Below, one piece after another: positions 1-8,749 of a DNA stretch of 11,770 nt (position 1 is its first letter; each line of letters begins with the position of its first letter). The stretch lies in NCBI RefSeq assembly GCF_006345805.1, contig NW_021826898.1, positions 1-11,770 of the forward strand, given 5' to 3'. This DNA is from Octopus sinensis. Taxonomy: Eukaryota. A model generated the notes under the pieces. That model was given only the letters and a program-made list of their open reading frames with translations. It had not been told where the DNA came from and ran no database searches. Made by a program: the position numbers and the translations under genes.

Positions 1-780
1 TCTCACGCGACTCGCATCTTTCTTTCTTTCTCTCCCATTCCTTTTTCGTCTTTTCCTCACTTAACTTGTCTCTTCCTCTCTCTCTCTCATTCTTCTATTC
101 TCTCTCTCCTTTCACCATTCTTCATGGTCTCCTCGCACCATTCCCCTTCTTCTCTCTCTTCCTCTTGCTCCTCCTCCCCCATTCCCGTCATCCATCTGCG
201 ACGATACTTCCGTCGTACCGCTATCCTGTCCTTTCTCGCCCGCCTTGCAAGGCTTCTGGTTGACAAAATTTCCCTCTCTGTCTTCCACGATAATCCAGCG
301 TTTACAATACTTTTTCGTCTGGCGTTAACAGCCTTCTTATCTTGTTCTACTTGTCTTGTCTCTCACTGTTTATATTTATTTTTCACTGTTTATATATATA
401 TTTTTTACGTTTATATGTTTGTACTGTCGTTACCGTCTTGCTTTTTTTTACCCCTCTGCGAAAAGATCTCAGAATTTTAATTGATTTGCTTTTCGCGGGA
501 AGGAATTTTTCTTCGAAGTATACGTCTCGCTTTTTCCTTCGAAACGTTTAGTAGATGAAATCTTAGCGACTGAAGAAGGGGATTTTCGTTGGTGCTTATT
601 GTCCTGTATCTCTCCCTTCTTTTTGCTTGTCTTGTTCCTTGGTTTGTGTCTATGTGTTTCGTCTCCTCTATGTGTTCGACGTCTTTTTGGTGTCCTGTAC
701 ACATATATGCGTGTATATGTACATGTAGAAGGTAGGTACGTACATATATGTTTATATATATGCATATATTCTATTTTATT

Positions 781-783
781 AAC

Positions 784-814
<31 letters not shown>

Positions 815-845
815 TACATACAGGGCTATATGTGTTTGTGTGTGT
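781..845. repeat. Compound (TA)n/(CA)n/(TG)n microsatellite
   Basis: Directly visible dinucleotide runs. Confidence 0.9.
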
Positions 846-1630
846 CTATGTGTAACCAACAATTTCTGATCGAAAATTAAACGCATCAATTATTATTAAA
901 GTGAAATAAACGGTCGCTGTCTGAATGGTTGCCGCACAGTCACTTAACGTATTCATATCCATCTTATTAGGTTTTAAGCGTTTATATTCTCCACCGAAAC
1001 AGTATGGCATATTATCCCTTATAATTTACTCGTTAGCTTAGAAAATTGCTATTGTTAATTTTCTACTAATGTTTAATTCAGAAAGAGACTTCACCCTCTC
1101 CGATGACGGTATACTTAACTAATGGAATCCTTGCTCATTATCGTGATCCACATGCAATGATATTCTAGAAAGAGCTATAAGGGACTGTCTGTTATCATTC
1201 TCGATAAAAGACAAATGGTTTTTGGTGATGCCAAATGTTTTTATGTTTTGTTCTTTCATTCTATATTTTAATCCATATATACATGTCTGTGTGCGTGTCT
1301 CTGTGTGTGTATGTGTGTCGACAATGGAGGTGAGTAAAGGTAAATCCAACGCTTCAGACAATTCCTCCTTCAAGAAAAATTTGACGGAAGTGAAATTAAT
1401 GTGAAACAGAAGGGTTTTACATTCTCTATGTTTGTGAAGGTGGTTACAAAAGCTCTGCTGCCCCCTCAATAATTTCACTTTTCTCACCATTTTTCAGAAT
1501 CATTTCGTCCGAAATTATGGATTTTTCCACTCTCCACGGCTATTTCACAGTGCGATTTTCCCGGGTTTTTCTGCACAAGTCTTGCCGACGCACACCATAA
1601 CTAATCTCACAGGGTTTTATTGAAACCTAC

Positions 1631-1968
1631 AGATACGGTTTTGTAGTAAGAACTTTACTTCCCAACCACATCGTTTTGAGTTCAGTCCCACAGGGTGACA
1701 CATTGGGTAGGTGTCTTTTACTATAGCTTCAGGTCTTGGAATCGATTTTGTCGATGGAAACTGAACGAAGCCCGTAGTATATATATGTGTGTGTGTTTGA
1801 CCCATATCACCGCTTGACAACTGTTTGCTTTTATACGTCCCCGTAACTTAGTAGTTCGGTAAAGGAAACGGATGGAAGAAGGCTTAAAAACTGAGTACTA
1901 GCGTCGGTTTTCAAGGCGTAGCTCTAGCATAGTTACACTCCAATGACTGAAACAACTAAAACATAAGA
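1631..1968 (+). mobile_element. Diverged tRNA-derived SINE, octopus OK/OR-type, near full length
   Basis: B-box-like GAGTTCAGTCCC (1678-1689), degenerate A-box region at ~1638-1650, internal TA/TG microsatellite at ~1778-1797, and a tail ending ...caatgactgaaacaactaaaa. An inverted homologue of the 3' half lies at 1971-2135. Family recognised from memory of abundant octopus SINEs; needs RepeatMasker/Dfam confirmation. Confidence 0.75.
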
Positions 1969-1970
1969 GA

Positions 1971-2190
1971 TTCGACTATGGCCACGCTGGAGTACCGCAT
2001 TCAAATCGAAGCCAGCACTAAGTTTTTTTAAACCTAGTACTTATTCTAACGGTCTCTTATTGCAAAACCGCAGCATTGCGGGGGAAAATCAACGAATTAA
2101 CACCGGTTGTTAAGCTGGGGTGGGAAGAATCACACGCACAAAGACACTGAAAAACATACAAACATATGCACACATGTACATACGTACATA
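1971..2190 (-). mobile_element. 3' half of the same SINE family, inverted, ending in its internal microsatellite
   Basis: ggccacgctggagtaccgc, cctagtacttattctaacggtctctt and ggttgttaagctggggtggg are reverse-complement homologues of the SINE 3' body (compare 1800-1960 and 11512-11627). Confidence 0.7.
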
Positions 2191-2207
2191 TATATATATA
2201 TATATAT

Positions 2208-2935
2208 ATATAAATTAACAATTGAGGATAAAATCTTTAAAAGAAATTATCAGTAGTCAGCGTGAAAAACCTCGTAAGAGAAAAAATCCGTAAATTCCTC
2301 CTCTTTGAAAATATTCATTTATATTATATTGAGGGTACTACTATTCGTAGATACCAACACGCTAAGAGGGACCAATGCGGTCAAAACTACTAAAAATAAA
2401 CAAAATTTTACCGAATGCAAAACTTCAAAACACATCATTTTAAAAAAGAATTCAGTTACATATCACATGTGATTTCGCATTTAATGCAGAATATGCATTT
2501 CATGTTCGTCAGTGCAACAACTCAAGAAATATAAGAAAAAACATAACATTACAACTCGATAGCCAACCGTAGAATTCGTCGTAGCTTGTACGAATGTTTA
2601 TCCTTACATATCTATGAAAATGGCGGGCTTTTTCGCAATGCATTTCGGTAAAAAATTGCCTAGTCGGAATAAAAATCAGTATTGAACTATTCCGGTGAAA
2701 AATATAAATTAACAATTGAGGATAAAATATTTAAAAGAAATTATCAGTAGTCAGCGTGAAAAACCTCGTAAGAGAAAAAATCCGTAAATTCTTCCTCTTT
2801 GAAAATATTCATTTATATTATATTGAGGGTACTACTATTCGTAGATACCAACACGCTAAGAGGGACCAATGCGGTCAAAACTACTAAAAATAAACAAAAT
2901 GTTACTGAATGCAAAACTTCAAAACACATCATTTT
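2208..2935 (-). repeat. Partial tandem duplication: 234-bp direct repeats, period 494 bp
   Basis: 2208-2441 matches 2702-2935 at constant offset 494, with 4 substitutions seen by eye. Confidence 0.95.
2448..2523 (-). ncRNA. Type I hammerhead ribozyme, copy 1
   Basis: Minus strand reads GAGUU-GUUGCA-CUGACGA-[helix II]-GAAA-UCACAUGUGA-UA^UGUAAC-UG-AAUUC. Helix I GUUGCA/UGUAAC abuts the core; predicted cleavage between 2461 and 2460. Confidence 0.85.
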
Positions 2936-3269
2936 TACCGAAATGCATTGCGAAAAAGCCCGCCATTTTCATAGATATGTAAGGATAAACATTCGTACAA
3001 GCTACGACGAATTCTACGGTTGGCTATCGAGTTTGTAATGTTATGTTTTTTCTTATATTTCTTGAGTTTGTTGCACTGACGAACATGAAATGCATATTCT
3101 GCATTAAATGCGAAATCACATGTGATATGTAACTGAATTCTTTTTTAAAATGATGTGTTTTGAAGTTTTGCATTCGGTAAAATTTTGTTTATTTTTAGTA
3201 GTTTTGACCGCATTGGTCCCTCTTAGCGTGTTGGTATCTACGAATAGTAGTACCCTCAATATAATATAA
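2931..3269 (+). repeat. Inverted duplication of 2320-2656
   Basis: Near-identical reverse complement. It also appears in the ORF track as the shared peptide in 2509-2715(-)/2799-3038(+) and 3116-3562(-). Confidence 0.95.
3064..3140 (+). ncRNA. Type I hammerhead ribozyme, copy 2
   Basis: Helix I GTTGCA 3070-3075/TGTAAC 3128-3133; CTGACGA 3076-3082; helix II 3083-3111 (CAT/ATG and ATGCA/TGCAT, loop TATTC); GAAA 3112-3115; palindrome ATCACATGTGAT 3115-3126; AUA triplet with predicted cleavage at 3127/3128. Confidence 0.85.
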
Positions 3270-3289
3270 TAATATATATATATATATGT

Positions 3290-3373
<84 letters not shown>

Positions 3374-3417
3374 GCAGACAGACAGACAGGTACATACATA
3401 CATATATACATACATAT
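3270..3417. repeat. Compound (TA)n-(TAGA)n-(CAGA)n-(CATA) microsatellite
   Basis: (TAGA)n 3291-3354 grades into (CAGA)n 3355-3388. Confidence 0.95.
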
Positions 3418-3888
3418 AAATCGAAAAATGGAACAAGAATGCAACAGAAGACAATAGAACATCCCGGCAGATTGACGATACGACGACGGACAGGAAAAAA
3501 ACAACAGAGACTAACAGAACAAAACAAGGACGGGTCATTCGTACCCTCCTCTCCTCAATCAAGTGTCCAGATCATCCTAACAGTTTCGGCCGATTTACAC
3601 TTGAGACTGTTCAAATCTGGCTGGCCCCAAAGTTCTAAGCTAAGAGCATTAAATATTTTGGGAGAAAGCAAGCGTATGTGTACGACAACAAAGACAGAAA
3701 TAAAAGAAAGGAAAAAAAACGGAGAAAATGTTACTCGATTACAAATACAAACAAGAAAATAACAACAGGTGTCTTTCGACTAATAGAGATGAATCAAGAT
3801 CAGATGGCGTGTGTAGAGTGAAAGCCTTCAGGCAGGAGCATAGTAGATGAATGTAAGAGATGAAAGTCATATACATACCTATTTGTGT

Positions 3889-3906
3889 GCATACATACAT
3901 ACATAT

Positions 3907-3939
<33 letters not shown>

Positions 3940-3958
3940 TATATATTATATATATATT

Positions 3959-3992
<34 letters not shown>

Positions 3993-4022
3993 ATATATAT
4001 ATATTATATACATACATATGTA
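3889..4022. repeat. (CATA)n/(TA)n microsatellite
   Basis: Directly visible. Confidence 0.95.
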
Positions 4023-4254
4023 TAATGTTGTGTCTTGGGAGAGACGTTTTCTTTTTGTGCGTTTTAATTTAACACACTCACCAGTAAAATTTCCACTTTT
4101 TTCTTATTTTTATTTTCTTAAAATTTTCGTTGCGTCTTGCAACCTTTTCAATAGTCAAGGCACAAACAGAAAATGACTTTTCCCAGACACAGCAGAATAT
4201 GTTTCAATATACGAACTCACATAAAGAATCTTGCAAGCCAAATCCAAATGTGAA

Positions 4255-4269
4255 AATATATATATATAC

Positions 4270-4316
<47 letters not shown>

Positions 4317-4420
4317 GTGTGTGTGTGTGTATACATAATATATATATATATATATATATAAGAGTAAAAGAGTAAAAAAGTGTAATACATACATATACAT
4401 ATATATATATATATATATAT
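4255..4420. repeat. (TA)n/(TG)n compound microsatellite
   Basis: Directly visible. Confidence 0.95.
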
Positions 4421-4544
4421 AGGTTATGCAACAGGTTGCTTAGCCACATATCGAAAATTTAGAACTAGCAGTCAAAAACCGCTTATTTCTATTTTCTACA
4501 AATACAACTCCACATATAACATACAACTGTATGTGTATGTGTGT

Positions 4545-4757
4545 GAGGCGTGTGTCTTTGCGTGTCCACTCATGTGGCAAAATTGAGTAGTACCTGTATT
4601 TCAAAAGGGCCAGCTTTGTCATACTCTGTGTCACGCTGAATCACCCTGTGAACTACATTAAGGGTACACGTGTCTGTGGAAACTCGGCCACTTGCACCAT
4701 TTCACGAGCACGCTGTTCTTCTGATTGAATCAACTGGAACATCCATCGTCATCAATG
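4545..4757 (+). mobile_element. Fragment of a second octopus SINE family (3' body, tRNA-like head largely missing)
   Basis: gtccactca..ggcaaaattgagtagtacctgtatttcaaaagggccagc..ctctgtgtcacgctgaatc..aagggtacacgtgtctgtgga..atcaactggaac resembles a recalled abundant octopus SINE tail. Recognition from memory only. Confidence 0.6.
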
Positions 4758-4815
4758 ATATATATATATATATAGTATATATATATATATATATATATAT
4801 ACGTATATATATGTG
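4758..4815. repeat. (TA)n microsatellite
   Basis: Directly visible. Confidence 0.9.
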
Positions 4816-4954
4816 TGTAAAAAATAATGCCTTACGGCAGACGAAGACAGCGATGTTATCGTGGCGCTGGTCCGAGGCGAAAAGGCTATAGTGGTCAGCG
4901 GTCACGTGAGAAGAGAAGAGAGAGAAAAAGAGGGGCGAAGGAATTAAAGAGAGG

Positions 4955-4987
4955 GTATATATACATATATAGATATATTATATATAT

Positions 4988-5057
<70 letters not shown>

Positions 5058-5063
5058 ATATAT
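4955..5063. repeat. (TA)n microsatellite abutting the left PLE terminus
   Basis: Directly visible; runs into tattagaaaaatggagg, where the left inverted repeat starts. Confidence 0.95.
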
Positions 5064-5447
5064 TAGAAAAATGGAGGTAATCAGATCAGGGTCTATTTGT
5101 AGATATTATTTATAATTACATTTTTTACATATATATCATCATTCGGATTAGCGCTGCTCCCATTCTAGTGGGCTTTTCAAATCAAATCAGTTGTGGGGAG
5201 TTTGAACATTTTATAGTTTCGTAGTAGTGGGTGAGGAGGAAGTGAGACAGAGAAAAAAGTGTGTATGTGTATGTGTGTGTATATGTGTGTGGTGCGTGTG
5301 TGGTGTGTGTGTGTGGGGCGTTATATCTGAGAGTGAAGAAGTGTTATTTCCGTTGGTCTGCTGGACCGCCTGTGGTTTTATAAGAACTTTGGCCGTCCAT
5401 TTCGATGTCACTGAGTGTGTGTTGTGCGTAGGTTGGCCTGGCGAAAT
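5061..5447 (+). repeat. Left arm of the long inverted repeat
   Basis: Reverse complement of 9768-10174. The inner ~120 nt (5325-5442) differ by one substitution; the outer part has small indels and a variable TG tract. Confidence 0.95.
5379..5412 (+). promoter_or_regulatory. Candidate TATA + Inr core promoter for the PLE ORF
   Basis: TATAAGA 5379-5385 with an Inr-like TCACT whose A (5410) lies 31 nt downstream. The first ATG after it is 5491, in strong context (agcATGg). Motif-level evidence only. Confidence 0.3.
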
Positions 5448-6960
5448 AAACAAGACAGAAGCACATCTTCAACAGGGAAATACCAGAAGCATGGAAGATC
5501 TACTCACAGAAACCTGTAGTAAGTTAAATTCACTTCTCTCAAAAATTGATACGCTCTTTGCAAACATTGCTTTAACAATAAATACAATCCAAACACAAAA
5601 TATTCTCTGTAAAAATAATCAAACAAACACAAACTGACAACACAAAACCTTCTGGCGGGACTACCCCAATCACAAAGGACAACAAATGACGAAGAAACAA
5701 AAAACTGACACAAACCAAGAAAAACCTTCAAAACCCCAAGACTGGAACAAACTTCTAAACCAACGCAAATATGCTTATTGGAAAAACATACGCTGTAAGA
5801 ACATAGCCAACATATATCAAAACTGGCGGGACTTGAAGAACCCAATACTCCCTAGAAAATTTCTTATCAAAGAAATAAGGGGTGAAACACTAGAAAGAAA
5901 CAACAATACGTGCAAAACCTAGCCTCTGCCGACTAGAAACGGAAATTTCCCTTCTACAAACACGAAGCACACACAGGAAGATAAGATTAAACAATCGATA
6001 CCGTCATAATGGCCGAGATAACAGAAAGGAACAATAACCAAAACAAAGAAAAAAAACTACAACAATTATGGAAAGAGGATACCGAACGAGAGGAGGAAAG
6101 ATCCAGATTTATGTGGACCAAACAACATGAGTGGTTTTTAAACTACGAAAAGAACTATGGGGAAGAATCAATTATGAAGACAAAAAACTACCAAAACAAA
6201 TGAATAGATACAACAAACCAACACCACAAACATATTGGACTCCCAGACATCAAAATAAGCCCTACCAAACACAAACCAAAATCCTGCTCCTTACACTGCC
6301 GAACCCCCCAATTAACAGATACACAAAATATGAAAGACAACCATCAACCCAAAACCCCACAAAAACAAACACACCAACAGCAAGGCGAGCACAATACATA
6401 CAACCAACAACCTATAACACTTCGAGAGAACAAATAGAATAGGAACAACCACCAACACATAACACTGGACACCCTAAAAGGACACACACATGGAACAATA
6501 TACAAATGGATAGAAATCAACACATAACCTACAACAAACATCAAGGAAATCGAAACCACACAAACACCAACCCCATGCAACCCCACAAATTTCCAAGATG
6601 GATAAAAAACAACTCCCACTATCAATACAATACAAACACAATACATGAACCATCCACCTACCCCAAAGAAACCTGAACCCCAGTAATAAATATTGGCTCA
6701 ACCAACACAGAAGATGGAAGAAAACAACTACCAAAGACAAAACAACACATACAGACCACACAGACCACCCAACTACAAGAAAACCTAAGAACTGAAAATG
6801 GAATTTGAAGACGTAACAACAAAACCCATTTTTTAGGGAGAGGATACTTCAACCATACTCCAGACCCAATACACCAAAAATTCCGGATGAACTCCCAAAA
6901 CACATAGACCCCAAAATAATAAACTTATCTAAAAGAGAACTTGACGAATATGAAATGAAC

Positions 6961-8400
6961 CTACTACTAAAAGGCCTCAAATTTACACCTACACCCACTC
7001 CAAACTTCATAGAACTAAAAAACTGACATAGACAACTTCAGCCGCTACCTCCGCCTTATGGAATTCTTTGAAAATAAAGAAACAGAGAAGATAACTCAAT
7101 CATAAGAAAAAAATCCCACTTCACCCCTTACAAGGGAAGTGACAAACACCTTGACACATTACATAGAAACAATATCCAAATTCCCTCTTCACACACACAA
7201 ATGCAAACAGAATCTCCGCAGAGAGAGAAAAACAAGCCCTACAAAAACTGAAAAATGACAAATCAATCGTTATAAAAAGAAGCTGACAAAGGTGGAGCAA
7301 TAGTAATTATGGACACAGATTACTACAAAGAAAAGATACTAGAGTTACTGAACAACCAGACATATTACAAAGAGGAACCAACACCACCGGAGAAAACAAC
7401 AATAAGAAAAATTAGAACTTTAGTCAATGAATATCAGGACTCCTTTACAGATAAGGAGGAAGACTATCTATGCAACTCACAAACCAAAGAAAGCAACTTT
7501 TATGGATTACCTAAAATTCAAAAAGCTCGGAAATACAGAGAGCCATAAAGGAACAGAGGAACCACTACATAAGAGTACAAAGACCTGCAGACCTCACGAT
7601 GAGACCAATAGTGGCAGGACCCCAGGCACCAACACACAACTAAGCCACTTCATAGATATACTCCTCAAACCTCTATGCCCACAGATTCCAAGCTACATAA
7701 GGGATGACATAGACTTCCTCACACACATTCCAAATACAGTCCCGAAAAAACACCATACTTGCAAGCTTTGATGTCACAAATCTATACACAAACATACCAC
7801 ACACCCTAGGTCTAGAAGCTATAAAACAATCAATAGAAAAATACAGAGAACTTATAGACGAACGCTTCAAGACAAACTTTATCACCCAAGCCACCCAACT
7901 AATACTAGAAGAAAAAAACATTCTCATTCAACAAACAAGACATACCGACAGATAAAAGGCACGGCTATGGGTAAAAAATTCGCACCTTCAAATGCCAACC
8001 TGGTGATGGGCTTCTGGAGAAAAAACTATATGACGAAATAGGGAAAGTCTTCGAACACGACTTCAGAGAAGACATCAAGAAAAAGTGGAAACGCCTCGAT
8101 GACTGTTTCATCTTTTGGAACAGATCAGAAGAGGACCTACAAACATTCCACAACATCCTCAATACGCTGCACCCATCTATCAATTTCACAATAGATACCA
8201 GCCACAACGAACTTCCCTTCCTAGACATCAACATCAAAATACACAACTCCATCGGCACAACAGACATCCACTACAAAAAAACTGACACACATCAATACTT
8301 AAATTTCCACTCCTGCCACCCATCCCACACAAAAAGAAACATCCCATATAGTATGGCACGACGAATATGTAGCATAGTAACTGATTCACAAATACGATTA
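6961..8400 (+). other. Reverse transcriptase domain and thumb (frameshifted)
   Basis: PLE-type RT motifs listed above; frame 1 is open from ~8012 to 8643. Confidence 0.9.
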
Positions 8401-8749
8401 ATAAGACTAGATGAACTCAAAAGCTTCCTCCTAGAGCAAAAATACCCCCTTAAACTAATAGAAAATGGAATCACAAGAGCATTAAAACTAGACATCACAC
8501 AACTCAGGACACCCAAAACAAAAACAAAGAAAAACACTATCCCTTTTATAAACACACACAACCCTGGAGTTACCAACATCTTCCAAACCATACATTCAAA
8601 CCTACCAATAGCCTTACAGAGCCCCAAAATGAAAACATATTAAACAAATATAGCATAAAAAACAGTAGACGACAGGACAAAAAACAAAAAAAAACATAAC
8701 AAGAGCGAAATTCTCTTCAGAAACTAAAACGGAATTCTTTGCAAAAGAG

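Larger units (their letters stand above)
2208..3269. mobile_element. Non-autonomous hammerhead-bearing retroelement (retrozyme / mini-PLE pLTR-like), 494-bp unit
   Basis: Direct repeat 2208-2441/2702-2935, inverted copy 2931-3269 of 2320-2656, two HHR motifs, no credible ORF, and (TA)n on both flanks. Confidence 0.8.

Noticed and set aside
66-880. ORFs of 65-118 aa, including a charged minus-strand open frame at ~95-360
   Set aside because: Low-complexity CT/GA and microsatellite translations with no recognisable domain; the nearest acceptor-like AG leads to stops in all three frames.
2208-2935. CRISPR-like or satellite array
   Set aside because: There are only two long repeats with no spacer pattern, in a eukaryotic context.
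4826-4895. HHR-like look-alike CAGACGA...stem...GCGAAA
   Set aside because: The core has A instead of the invariant U, and no helix I partner follows a UH site.
3884-5066. Multiple YI/CV/HT-repeat ORFs here and at 9364-9799 and 10919-11686
   Set aside because: Translations of dinucleotide microsatellites.
5340-5460. HDV-like ribozyme at the PLE 5' end (GGCGAAAT resembles J4/2)
   Set aside because: Could not build P3/L3/P1.1 in the required nested double-pseudoknot order.
5227-5490. Shared peptide ISESEEVLFPLVCWTACGF... in ORFs 5227-5637(+) and 9742-9963(-)
   Set aside because: This is a by-product of the inverted repeat read through a TG microsatellite; there is no evidence of coding function.
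5504-8627. Series of minus-strand hydrophobic ORFs
   Set aside because: Antisense shadows of the A/C-rich PLE coding strand.
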